DNA of 64,000 nt from Colwellia sp. (GCA_013215295.1 JABSOZ010000015.1:58376-122375); one strand, 5' to 3'; shown: positions 38,619 to 48,559, counted from the stretch's first letter. Translations and numbers: made by a program. The notes: generated by a model not told the origin, from the sequence alone.

Positions 38619-40889
38619 ATGCTTACCTCTTACTTTTATCAAGTTAATCAAGTTTATAATACAAATAATTTATCCACGTTAACTCGATGTTTAGTGGTCC
38701 TTATTATTATGAGTTCTTTTAATCTTTCTGCGACAAATTTTCCATCTTTTATCTTTAAAAATAAAGCATCGACAGTAGATATTACTCGAGTAAATACACC
38801 ACCTTTAAGTGATGGTTCTTTACCTTCAGATGTTTGGATACAAATAAATGAAGTTGGAAGTTTGCATCAAATATTTCCTAACGAATATCAAGCAGCTGAA
38901 CTTAAAAGCGAAATAAAAATCGCTTACGATCAAGACAATCTTTATATCAAAGCTAAATTATTTGATAACGACATGGCAAATATTAGTCGAAATGTTATGT
39001 CAAAAGGTCAAGAAATATGGCAAGACGATTTGTTCGCTATTGTATTAGACCCGTTCAATGATAAAACAAATGGCTATTATTTCGCAAGCAATGCCAATGG
39101 TTTTAAAGAAGAAGGATTGATCGCTAATAATCGACATTATATGGGGAATTGGGATGGGATTTGGCAAGTAAAAAGTAAGGTCTTTAGCACTTACTGGACC
39201 GTCGAAATGTCTATTCCGTTTAAAACACTTTCTTTTGATAGCGCTAAAGAACAATGGGGGATTAATTTTTTAAGAGAGGTAAAACAACCCGAACAAATAT
39301 ATTATTGGGCTTCTCATGGAAATACCACATCACCTTGGGCACCAGAACATGCAGGACAAGTGTCACAAATCAATAACATAAGTCAGGGTGCCGGAATTGA
39401 CATTAAATTATCAACGAGTTTTTCCCAGCAACAATCTCCAGCAATAGAGACCTCAAACTCAGCAGAACCATCTCTTGATATTGTTTATAAACCAACACCC
39501 GCTATATCAACCTCCTTAACTTTTAATACCGATTTTTCTGCGACAGAAGTAGATCAGCAACAAGTAAATTTGACCCGATTTTCATTATTTACTCCTGAAA
39601 AACGTGACTTCTTTTTACAAGGAGCTGATATTTTTGAATTCGGTGATATAGGGACAAATGCACGACCATTTTTCTCTAGAAATATGGGGCTATCAGGATC
39701 AGGAGTACCACTGGATATTAATGTGGGGTCGAAAATTACCGGGCAAATAAATAATACTCGTTTTGGTGCCTTAGTCGTTAATCAAGATCTTAATACTTCA
39801 ACGCCGGTTACTCATTCAGAGAGTGATTCAGAAAGTGAAACGAATACATTAGCGGTTGCCCGAATCACTACACAACTAAGTGAAGAATACACAGTGGGAT
39901 TAATTTCGACCCATGGAAATCCTGACAATAATAATTTCAGCTCACTCGTGGGGATTGATTCACAATACCGAAATAAATCATTTCTTGATGGCGATGTCTT
40001 TGAAATTAAAGGTTGGTACCAACAAAGTATCAATGAAGAAGCTAATCAAGATATTCAAGGAGATGCTTTCAGTGTTGGCATTTATCTACCAAATGAACAT
40101 ATAAATGCAAAATTAGCGTATACCAACATAGATGCTTTATTTGATCCTGCGCTTGGCTTTATTAATAGAAATAATATTGAAAAAGTAGACGGTTGGATAA
40201 GCAATACCAGCCAATTAGAAGCTAAATGGATAGATAAATTATATCACAATGTATATTTTGATTACGTAAAAGAGCGAGGAGGGAGTGTGTCGTCTAAGTA
40301 TTATGCTTTTGATCTTTTGGATTTAACCACTACCACACAACAATACTTCAGGTTGACGTATCAATATACATTTGAGCATATAAAAGAAACGTTCAGTTTG
40401 GTTGATGAGTTACAGGTTCCAACGGGAAAGTACGACAACATTCAATGGCAATTATCGACTTCTTCAGACCGTTCAAAGTCTTTTTCTTATGGGTTGGAGT
40501 GGCATAAAGGCGATTATTTTCAAGGAGATATGGACTACAAAGCAATAGATGTAACGACAAATATTAATCGTTTTATCAAAGTCTCAGCTGAAGTTAATGA
40601 AAGAAAAATTTCCTTTGACCATCAAAATTTTACAGTGAAAACGGCATCATTGAAAGTTGACATTGCTTTTTCTCCTAAACTGTTTTGGAACAATTGGATT
40701 CAACACAACAATGTTTCTGACGAAATAAGCGTTTATTCAAGATTGGTTTGGCAACGAACACCGTTCAATATATTTAATGTTGTAATAAACCAAAATTATC
40801 TTAAGGGCAATGAGATAAATGAACGTCATAAATTTAACAAAGAATATCAAGATATCATCATAAAACTGAGCTACATGTGGCGATTTTAA
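38619..40889 (+). CDS. Exported CBM9-like + DUF5916 domain protein
   Basis: Signal-like N-terminus. ...EIKIAYDQDNLYIKAKLFD...QDDLFAIVLDPFNDKTNGYYFASNANG...WDGIWQVKS...WTVEMSIPFKTLSF is the CBM9-like pattern of this family. A long beta-rich C-terminus ends in ...YMWRF. It starts 15 nt after the upstream stop. Confidence 0.7.
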   Translation: MLTSYFYQVNQVYNTNNLSTLTRCLVVLIIMSSFNLSATNFPSFIFKNKASTVDITRVNTPPLSDGSLPSDVWIQINEVGSLHQIFPNEYQAAELKSEIKIAYDQDNLYIKAKLFDNDMANISRNVMSKGQEIWQDDLFAIVLDPFNDKTNGYYFASNANGFKEEGLIANNRHYMGNWDGIWQVKSKVFSTYWTVEMSIPFKTLSFDSAKEQWGINFLREVKQPEQIYYWASHGNTTSPWAPEHAGQVSQINNISQGAGIDIKLSTSFSQQQSPAIETSNSAEPSLDIVYKPTPAISTSLTFNTDFSATEVDQQQVNLTRFSLFTPEKRDFFLQGADIFEFGDIGTNARPFFSRNMGLSGSGVPLDINVGSKITGQINNTRFGALVVNQDLNTSTPVTHSESDSESETNTLAVARITTQLSEEYTVGLISTHGNPDNNNFSSLVGIDSQYRNKSFLDGDVFEIKGWYQQSINEEANQDIQGDAFSVGIYLPNEHINAKLAYTNIDALFDPALGFINRNNIEKVDGWISNTSQLEAKWIDKLYHNVYFDYVKERGGSVSSKYYAFDLLDLTTTTQQYFRLTYQYTFEHIKETFSLVDELQVPTGKYDNIQWQLSTSSDRSKSFSYGLEWHKGDYFQGDMDYKAIDVTTNINRFIKVSAEVNERKISFDHQNFTVKTASLKVDIAFSPKLFWNNWIQHNNVSDEISVYSRLVWQRTPFNIFNVVINQNYLKGNEINERHKFNKEYQDIIIKLSYMWRF

Positions 40890-41039
40890 CGTTATAAAAT
40901 AGTTTTGTTAAATGTCAGATCGTAAATACTGTCGACAAAAAACAGGTCTTTTTTATAATTAATAGAATTATTATCTATAATTGGCTTGTATTGTCGACAA
41001 TGTGTGTTTTAATAGTTTCTTTTATTACGAAGGAAATTT

Positions 41040-41732
41040 ATGAGCACTTATGATTTGTTTGGCAGTATAAATACGTTTTTTATATTTGTAAGTTTATATG
41101 GTGTTTTATCACAAGTTAGAAGAATTTGGCATCGGAAAGTAGAAAAGACAAAAGGCGGTGCTACCGAGTTACTCTCTATTAATCAATTTAATGTCAGTTA
41201 CTTAGCGTACCTTTCATTTTTTATTTATGGATACTCAATTGAACCTTTTAACCATTATATTGTATGGCCTCGGTTTATTGCTGCGGCTTTAGTTGGCATT
41301 ATTCTTTATGAAATCTGGTTAGATAGGCGAACTAAATCTTCTCTGTTTAGTTTGTCACTCGTTGTATTGTCTTTAGCCGTTGGTGTGATTGGCCTAATTT
41401 ATGGAGATACTTTTGTTGATGAAGGGAGGAATGTGTCGACAATAATCATTCTGGCAATATCATTACTCATCATACAAGGCTATTCTCATCAAATCAGACT
41501 CATTTTAAAGTCGGGAGCAACAGGCGCAATTGATTTGAAAATGAGTCAATTTATTTTTTTAATGGACATTTCTACTATCGCTTTTGCATTAGCGATGGGA
41601 ATTGATACCGGGTGGCCGTTAATGGTTCTTGCAATAACGAGTGGCATAACAAAAATAATAATTATGTATTTGTTTAAGTGGGTAAGAGTTAGTCCTGTTG
41701 CTTTGCAACGTAGGGGTGTTTTTTCAGGGTAA
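41040..41732 (+). CDS. Seven-TM membrane protein, PQ-loop/SWEET-like internal repeat (tentative)
   Basis: Two repeats each have a Q-containing loop after a TM helix (LSQVRRIWHRK...; GYSHQIRLILKSG...). 230 aa, highly hydrophobic. Confidence 0.5.
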   Translation: MSTYDLFGSINTFFIFVSLYGVLSQVRRIWHRKVEKTKGGATELLSINQFNVSYLAYLSFFIYGYSIEPFNHYIVWPRFIAAALVGIILYEIWLDRRTKSSLFSLSLVVLSLAVGVIGLIYGDTFVDEGRNVSTIIILAISLLIIQGYSHQIRLILKSGATGAIDLKMSQFIFLMDISTIAFALAMGIDTGWPLMVLAITSGITKIIIMYLFKWVRVSPVALQRRGVFSG

Positions 41733-42016
41733 CAATATTCATTACTTACAGTTATGAATCTTTTAATTATTGATACTTCCAAAGCCTTCGTATCTATAGT
41801 GTACAGGTTTTTATAATTCACCATTTCGAGCTTTAACCTAGAGTAGGTAATCGAAAGTAAATTTCATCAATAATAGCTATTAAATTGTGATTCTTTAGCC
41901 TATTGTCGTATAACTGTCGTAAGTTATGCGTAATAACACCGTAAGACTTTCGTAAACTATTCCAAGTAAATGATGGAGAATTCAATTGTCTCTAAACAAA
42001 CGAGTAAAAGGTATTT

Positions 42017-42442
42017 ATGAAAATTAATGCAGAATTGATCTTAGAATTAAGAAACAAAAAGTCGTGGTCTCAAGATGAGTTAGCCATTGCTTCGGGACTT
42101 AATCTTAGGACTATACAGCGAATTGAGAATGAGGCCTCTGCATCATTGCAGTCTAGAAAGGCTTTAGCATCAGCATTAGACATAGATACCTTAGATCTTG
42201 AATACAAGGAATTAAAGAAAATGAAACAATATGAATATAAAACGTTAGAAATTGAAAATAAAGAAGGTTTTCTTACCGGTATCAAAAAGCAAAAGCTGCC
42301 GGATTTGGCAAATATATTTAATCAAGAAGGTAAGGACGGTTGGCTTGTTGTACAGATACTTACGCCAGATTTAGCGCAGGGCGTTTGGTCTGCTAAAACA
42401 GGGAATATGGTTGCATTATTACAAAGAGAAATTTTACAGTAA
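42017..42442 (+). CDS. XRE-family HTH fused to a DUF4177-like domain
   Basis: LRNKKSWSQDELAIASGLNLRTIQRIENEASASLQS is paralogous to the HTH of 37896... The C-terminal YEYKTLEIENKEGFLTG...NQEGKDGWLVVQIL matches the DUF4177 pattern. Confidence 0.7.
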   Translation: MKINAELILELRNKKSWSQDELAIASGLNLRTIQRIENEASASLQSRKALASALDIDTLDLEYKELKKMKQYEYKTLEIENKEGFLTGIKKQKLPDLANIFNQEGKDGWLVVQILTPDLAQGVWSAKTGNMVALLQREILQ

Positions 42443-42463
42443 CAAATGTAAAGGTGTTGCCAT

Positions 42464-42494
42464 GGAACGAAATATTAGCAGAATATTTCGTTCC
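42464..42494. terminator. Bidirectional terminator hairpin between convergent genes
   Basis: Perfect 13-bp stem GGAACGAAATATT / AATATTTCGTTCC with loop AGCAG. Confidence 0.6.
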
Positions 42495-42503
42495 TATTTA
42501 TTC

Positions 42504-43457
42504 CTAATTTTTAATATGTAACATATCTTTAGTTGCATTGATTAACAGGTGTCTTGTTTCAGGTTCAATTGACGCATGGCCTGCTGAACTACTTAGCATT
42601 AATTGAGAGTTAGGCAATTGTTGATGCAATAGCCACGCATTTTCAAATGGACAGACAATGTCGTAACGGCCATGAACAATAACCGTTGGAATATGAGCTA
42701 TTTTCTCACAGTGGTTAATAATTTGATTTTCTGATAAAAAGCAGTTGTTTACCATGTAATGAAATGCATGCCGAGCTAAGGTCCAGCAGCTTTCATCTAA
42801 AGTACATTCTTCAAGGAATTTATCATTTGGTAATAAAGTACAACAGCTAATTTCCCATTTGCTCCAAGCCTTTGCCATTGTCATAGCTGATTTTTTATCA
42901 ATGCCCATCAATACATCGTAGATAGCTTTAGTTGTTATTTTTTCTTCTGTAAAGTCGGTAGTATCAAGAAATTCTTGCCAATGGTCTGCAAAAATTTTTG
43001 TGCTACCACCACCTGAATATGTCCAGTTAATATCTTGGTCTCGCGCTAAAAATATACCTCGTAATACTAAACTTTTAATAGTTTCAGGATGAGCTTGAGC
43101 ATAAATTAGAGAGAGTACCGAACCCCAAGAACCTCCAAATATGTGCCATTTATTTATTTTTAATACCTTGCGAATTTTTTCTAGATCTTCAACTAATAAA
43201 TTTGTTTCATTGTTAACTAAATGACCATGCGGTAAAGACCGACCACAACCTCTTTGGTCAAACAAAATAATATGATATTTTTCTGGATCGAAAAATCGAC
43301 GGTCGTGAATTGTGCAACCTAAACCGGGACCACCATGAAGAAATACAACAGGTTCGCCTTGTGGGTTTCCGCATTGCTCAACATAAAGGCTATGTTCATC
43401 AGATACTTCAAATAAAAAGTGATTGAATGGCTCAATTTTAGGGTAAAAATCATTCAT
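42504..43457 (-). CDS. pip: Prolyl aminopeptidase (proline iminopeptidase)
   Basis: VVFLHGGPGLG, nucleophile GGSWGS and the catalytic His context SSSAGHA. 317 aa. Confidence 0.88.
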   Translation of the reverse strand: MNDFYPKIEPFNHFLFEVSDEHSLYVEQCGNPQGEPVVFLHGGPGLGCTIHDRRFFDPEKYHIILFDQRGCGRSLPHGHLVNNETNLLVEDLEKIRKVLKINKWHIFGGSWGSVLSLIYAQAHPETIKSLVLRGIFLARDQDINWTYSGGGSTKIFADHWQEFLDTTDFTEEKITTKAIYDVLMGIDKKSAMTMAKAWSKWEISCCTLLPNDKFLEECTLDESCWTLARHAFHYMVNNCFLSENQIINHCEKIAHIPTVIVHGRYDIVCPFENAWLLHQQLPNSQLMLSSSAGHASIEPETRHLLINATKDMLHIKN

Positions 43458-43624
43458 ATTGAGTGTTACTCATATTTAATGGATTGTCGTATTATAAAGG
43501 TGAACACAAGACGTGCTTATCTTTAATGACAGATTGTTTATGATGTTCAGTGGTTACTCATGAGATGTTTGAGGATCTGATCGTCCGCTGGTTCTATTAA
43601 TGAATTACTTTGCAACGCGTGGTG

Positions 43625-43966
43625 TTATTTCATAGCGGCTGTTTCAAGAATAAATTCTTTGATAGCTGATAACCTGTAAGGTTTTTCAATCTTATTGTCA
43701 AAGCACATGTCCATAGTTACATCTAGCTCGCCAGTAATAAGTATTTTCTTTGATGAAGACGTTATTATTTTAGCTACATCAAAACCATTTGATTTTTTTA
43801 ATCGGTAGTCAATAAATATCAAATCTGGATTTGTATTATTGCAGAACGCTATTGCAGGTTCTTCATCAGTAAAAACAGTCAAGTTAATTTCATCTGACTG
43901 TAAATACTCTTTGAACATCTGACAGAGAACTTCTTCATCATCTAAATAAACTACGTTGATTGGCAT
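43625..43966 (-). CDS. Stand-alone response-regulator receiver domain
   Basis: VVYLDDEE acidic pocket, phospho-acceptor context DLIFIDYRL and a conserved K near the C-terminus (IEKPY). 113 aa with no output domain. Confidence 0.75.
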   Translation of the reverse strand: MPINVVYLDDEEVLCQMFKEYLQSDEINLTVFTDEEPAIAFCNNTNPDLIFIDYRLKKSNGFDVAKIITSSSKKILITGELDVTMDMCFDNKIEKPYRLSAIKEFILETAAMK

Positions 43967-44321
43967 TATATTCCCTATTTCCTTTATTTATCAGCAAGCG
44001 AATAACAAAAGATGTATCCATGGAGCCATTGTCGATAAGTTTCATGAGATTTGATTGGCATTTATCAAACTTAAGAAGAACTTCTTTAAATAATAGCAGT
44101 AAAGTAGGAGTAATCAACGTGTAGGTTTGAATTATTCACATATTTTCTTTTAAAAGTTTTAAATGATATTTCAGCGGTTTACTACGCTTTATGTAGTGTG
44201 ACTTACTTATATGAATTTGTGGTGTTGTTAAGTAAAGTGTGAAATTTATGGAATATTAATACGTGCTAAATTTCGATTACAGACTTAGTGTTAGAAAAAT
44301 GTTGCTGAAAATAAATTAAAA

Positions 44322-45092
44322 CTATTTATTGGTTGCTGTCCAACGATTAATTATTCTAGCAATCACACCACTTTTGTTCAATTTGTTAATCGCTTTATTA
44401 ATAGTATTAAGGGTTTCAGGGGTGCATGATTTACGACTTAACATAATATGAATATTATCTTGATATATTTTTAATGGATGTACTTCAAACTCACCTTGTA
44501 ACGAATACTTTTCAGCGAACGTTTTCATTGTTACAGGGTCTACTAAAAAACCATCTATATGACCTTTCAATAATAGTGCTACATTTTGTTCTAAGTCTAT
44601 AACGTCGTTTATGTGGGTATAAAACGCTTTTGTTGTAATCAGCTGTTGATATTCTTCACCATAAAAATACCCTCCCTCAACACCAATCATATAATCAGAG
44701 TCTGAAAGGTTACTTAATGTCTTTAGTTTGATTTTATCAGCCATTCCTTTTTTTACAAAAAGATTAACTTTTTCAAATCTGTAAGGTAAAGAAAAATACG
44801 CCGTTTCTTCACGCTCAGGTGAGTGTGATGAACCCATAGCCATATCCATCTTTCCTGTTTTTATATATTGTAAATGTCTTTTCCAAGGGATTTCTGTGAA
44901 TTTTACATTTAGATTGGATTCTTTAATAATTGCATTGAAAATATCAAAATCTAAACCGACAAGTTTTTGTTGGTTATTATGATATTGATAGGGATACCAT
45001 AACTCCCATCCGACGGCATATTCTTTTGAAAGACCTTCGTTAGCTAAGCTATGAAAAGTTAATAGGAGAGTTAATAGTAAATATTTTTTCAT
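44322..45092 (-). CDS. Orphan SBP-like periplasmic protein, paralogue 3
   Basis: Signal peptide MKKYLLLTLLLTFHSLA. Family-3 SBP pattern (GLDFDIFNAIIKESNLNVKF...W.R). No transporter genes adjacent. Confidence 0.7.
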   Translation of the reverse strand: MKKYLLLTLLLTFHSLANEGLSKEYAVGWELWYPYQYHNNQQKLVGLDFDIFNAIIKESNLNVKFTEIPWKRHLQYIKTGKMDMAMGSSHSPEREETAYFSLPYRFEKVNLFVKKGMADKIKLKTLSNLSDSDYMIGVEGGYFYGEEYQQLITTKAFYTHINDVIDLEQNVALLLKGHIDGFLVDPVTMKTFAEKYSLQGEFEVHPLKIYQDNIHIMLSRKSCTPETLNTINKAINKLNKSGVIARIINRWTATNK

Positions 45093-45254
45093 TATCTCTT
45101 CTTACATCCCTTCAGTTAGTTATCAATGAATTTTATAACGATTAAATTATAAATAATGAGTACGATAAGGTCAAACTTTAAACTAGTGGCACTATGTTAA
45201 TTGTGCCACTAGGTTCAGAGAGTTGCAGAGCGAACATATATTTTCACTATTTGA

Positions 45255-46136
45255 TTAAAGTGTTACTTTTTCATCGACTAATTTGTTCTGAGTCTTTAAT
45301 TCAAAATCACTCGCGTCATGACGTTCATGTAACTGTTCGTCTAATTCACCCCATGAACGATTGACCATTACTCCTCGTTTCACTGCTGTTCGTTGGCCAA
45401 TTTCTTCAGTCCAGCGTAATAGGTTTTTATATGACTGGGTTTGTAAAAATTCCGCTGCTTCGTATACTTTATTTTCTACTAATGCCCCATACCATGGCCA
45501 GATAGCGATATCCGCGATAGTGTATTGGTCGCCGCACATATATTTATTATTAGCTAAATGTCGATCGAGAACATCTAGTTGTCGCTTAACCTCCATCGTA
45601 AATCGATCTATCGGGTATTCAAACTTTTCTGGTGCATAAGCGTAAAAATGTCCAAAACCGCCACCTAAATAGGGACCACTTCCCACTTGCCAAAACATCC
45701 ATGACAAACATTGTGCTTTCAGTACCGGTTCTTTAGGTATTAAAGCATCAAACTTCTCTGCTAAGTACATCATTATTGCGCCCGATTCGAAAATGGGTAA
45801 CCTACTTTCGTTGCTATTATCGACTAAAGCTGGAATTTTAGAATTGGGATTTACTTCTACAAACCCTGAACTGAATTGTTCACCTTCCATAATATTAATT
45901 AAATATGCATCGTACTCAGCATCTTTTATTCCCAAAGCTAATAATTCTTCTAATAAAATGGTTACTTTAACGCCATTTGGTGTCGCCAAAGAGTAAAGTT
46001 GTAAAGGATGTTTACCCGTTGGCAAGTCGGCTTGATGTGTAGGACCTGCGGTAGGCCGATTAATGCTGGCAAACTTACCACCACTTTCAGTATTCCATTG
46101 CCAAATTTTTGGTGGCACATATGTTTGTTCAGACAT
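45255..46136 (-). CDS. yghU: Nu-class glutathione S-transferase / GSH-dependent disulfide reductase (YghU-like)
   Basis: YVPPKIWQWNTESGGKFASINRPTAGPTHQADLPTGKHPLQLYSLATPNGVKVTILLEELLALG closely parallels E. coli YghU. Start set to the ATG at 46136. Confidence 0.85.
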   Translation of the reverse strand: MSEQTYVPPKIWQWNTESGGKFASINRPTAGPTHQADLPTGKHPLQLYSLATPNGVKVTILLEELLALGIKDAEYDAYLINIMEGEQFSSGFVEVNPNSKIPALVDNSNESRLPIFESGAIMMYLAEKFDALIPKEPVLKAQCLSWMFWQVGSGPYLGGGFGHFYAYAPEKFEYPIDRFTMEVKRQLDVLDRHLANNKYMCGDQYTIADIAIWPWYGALVENKVYEAAEFLQTQSYKNLLRWTEEIGQRTAVKRGVMVNRSWGELDEQLHERHDASDFELKTQNKLVDEKVTL

Positions 46137-46433
46137 TTTTTGCTCCGTAATTATCAAGGTTACTATTACTATATCAAGATTATATTTAATCGACATTGCA
46201 GGTTAACTAAACATTAATCTTATGACTAATGCAATAGACATTGTTTAAGTCTGTTTAATTTCATTCCAAAATATTCTTAGTAAAACTTAAGGGCTTAATG
46301 TGAATTAGCAGCTGTAATATTTAACGATATAAATTCTTTGGAGGGGGGAAGTTGTTTTAAAGCTTACGATTTGATTTCTAGATATTCAGCTTAATAAGTA
46401 AAGGGTAAGGATTCATTAATTTTTTTACACTCA

Positions 46434-46517
46434 AAGCAAAAAGGCCACCCTAAGGTGGCCTTTTCTATAATATGGTCGCTACGGGACTCGAACCTGTGAC
46501 ACCTTGCATGTCATGCA
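46434..46517 (-). repeat. Displaced 3' half of tRNA-Val plus its terminator hairpin (left att-type repeat)
   Basis: 46477-46517 is identical over 41 bp to 50983-51023, from the anticodon stem-loop to near the 3' end of tRNA-Val. The flanking hairpin AAAAAGGCCACCCTAAGGTGGCCTTTT is a near-copy of the one at 50941. Confidence 0.85.
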
Positions 46518-46637
46518 CAAGGGTGTAACAAGACCTAACTCCTACATTATCTGGCTATAGCTGAATGGACTAATCGATTATTACGGATAAATCATAAAGA
46601 ATTTTCTTTCATTTATTTATATAAGTGAGGAAATATC

Positions 46638-46766
46638 ATGTCGGCTATTAAACAACTTAAATCGGGAAATTGGAACGTAGAAATTAGAATTAAAGGAACT
46701 AAATCTATTTGTAAAACCTTTAAGTTAAAATCAGATGCAGAAAAATTTTCAATCAAAAATGAATAG
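46638..46766 (+). pseudogene. Tyrosine-integrase N-terminal (arm-binding) stub, 42 codons
   Basis: MSAIKQLKSGNWNVEIRIKGTKSICKTFKLKSDAEKFSIKNE* matches the typical start of P4-type integrases (..L.SGKW.a.ir.kG.r.sktF.tk.eAe.w). No catalytic domain follows. Confidence 0.65.
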
Positions 46767-46911
46767 GTAATAAGGGCGAATTTAAAGGGACAAACATTAC
46801 TAGGCTTACAATTTGTTTTAGATACTTATAGAAAACGAGTGTTGATTAATCATGATGGTTCATTACGGGGTATTCGAGCTTATGAAATGGCTTTAGGAGG
46901 AATAAAAATTA

Positions 46912-47765
46912 ATGTGGATGAACGTAACAAAGAAAGACCTTGTGGGGAGGAAAGCTAATCTCTACGAAACTAGAAACGAAGTCATACAAAAAATTATAGA
47001 AAGTTTAAAAAAAGGCAGGCGCTGTCTTGCTATTTCAGACCAAAATCCAAAGTGAAAATACACCAACCTAGATTGTCCCCATTATGTAAAGTCAGCTATT
47101 TTTTTAGTGCTGATGAGGATGAAGAAGAAAGTCTAATATTTTTCAGAAAAGACCCTAAGCACTTTATTCAAGAACAAAAACCTCAATTATTATTTTGCAG
47201 TCCCTTACTTAGAAGTGGCGTTTCATTTGTTGACCAGTTTGATGATGTGTTTGTCATGGTTGATAGCGAAAACTTTACAGCAAGAGATATTATTCAAATG
47301 CTTTCTAGATAGCGTAAAAGGAAGAACGCGCATATCTATACTAATCATATGAAAGTTGAAGTACCAACAGTTGGAGATAATAACGACAACCGACTTCTAG
47401 CACTATCTTTGCTTCTTAAAGACAAACGAGAGCAATTATTAGTCAGGCCTTTTTCAACGGCTTACAGGCTCGATTCTAGGGGTTGTAGCGTAACTTTTGC
47501 CCCTAGTAATTCAGTAAACTTTAAAACTATTGATATTGGTGAACCTGAATACATAAAAAATGGGGTTGATGGGCGTAGAGCTTTTGAGAATTACATTTTT
47601 AGGATTATTACAAGTACCAAAAAAGCTAATACTCTGCGAAATATTGTAGATCAAAGAAAGTCTTTAGAAAGCTTTGATGGCGCAAAAGAAGCAATTAAAC
47701 AACTGCTTTCATCTCAAAATTATATTGAGTTTTATGATTTTTGTCGTAAAAATCCCCAGCATTAA
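46912..47765 (+). pseudogene. Fragments of an SF2-helicase-like gene (frame change near 47050, in-frame TAG at 47310)
   Basis: QLLFCSPLLRSGVSFVDQFDDVFVMVDSENFTARDIIQMLSR*RKRK resembles helicase motifs V-VI (QxxGRxxR). ORFs 47052..47312 and 47349..47765 share one frame, separated only by the TAG. Confidence 0.5.
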
Positions 47766-48047
47766 AGACTTATAAATCCTTTTCCCGATTTGGGGCTTGT
47801 ATGAAGTAGTGGGGGATAGATGATAACGGTTATTTTAAGGAGCTTGCAGAAGAAGGAATTAGAAGAAGTGAATTAACAAAGAATAAAAGCTTAATGAAAC
47901 AGATTATTGATAATGCTCCAGAGCCTAATCAAGACAGTTACAAACTCGCAGTAGATAGCTTAAAGATATTGAAAGGGCTAATGACCCTCATAGATAAATA
48001 TGAGACGAATGACAGGGAGGAAATAGAAATGCTGTTAAAAACATATT

Positions 48048-48383
48048 ATGGGCAGTAAATACTATGGAGCAAATGAGTACAGAGTAAAACTAGAGTTATT
48101 AAGCTTTTTAAATTTGCTTTGGGTGTTAGATAAAAGAAGGTTCTCTCGAAACATGCTAATGAAGCAACTGAGTGTACCTTATTCAATCGCCAGAGCATTC
48201 TCGAGAGGAAAGGGTAACAAAGCTCACAGTTGTTACAGATCGCTCTCTGATGCAGATCCAAAGGTTATCAAAGCAATTACTGAGTTAGTAAAACAAGTTG
48301 AACAGGCTAGAAGCTTAGATCAATTATTGAATAAACCAAATATAGAAGGTGGTTTTTATAAAGACGCAAGGAGCCAAAAATGA
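48048..48383 (+). CDS. Hypothetical island protein (possible HTH)
   Basis: 111-aa ORF. LMKQLSVPYSIARAFSRGKG is HTH-like. It overlaps the next ORF by ATGA. Confidence 0.35.
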   Translation: MGSKYYGANEYRVKLELLSFLNLLWVLDKRRFSRNMLMKQLSVPYSIARAFSRGKGNKAHSCYRSLSDADPKVIKAITELVKQVEQARSLDQLLNKPNIEGGFYKDARSQK

Positions 48384-48559
48384 AAATAAAACAATGTTTA
48401 TACTTAATTAGTAATGGTTATACGCCAGAAGAAATAGTAAAGGAAATGGAATTAACTGAAAGTGAAACTAGGGATATAGCTATTTATTTAGGATCTTTTT
48501 TACAATCGTTGCAATTGGAAAGCCGATTTCAAGATAAATGTAGGCTATTGAATACATAA
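48380..48559 (+). CDS. Small HTH-like protein (59 aa, below ORF-track cutoff)
   Basis: MKIKQCLYLISNGYTPEEIVKEMELTESETRDIAIYL resembles a LuxR/sigma-r4-type HTH. It shows ATGA coupling to the upstream ORF. Confidence 0.35.
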   Translation: MKIKQCLYLISNGYTPEEIVKEMELTESETRDIAIYLGSFLQSLQLESRFQDKCRLLNT

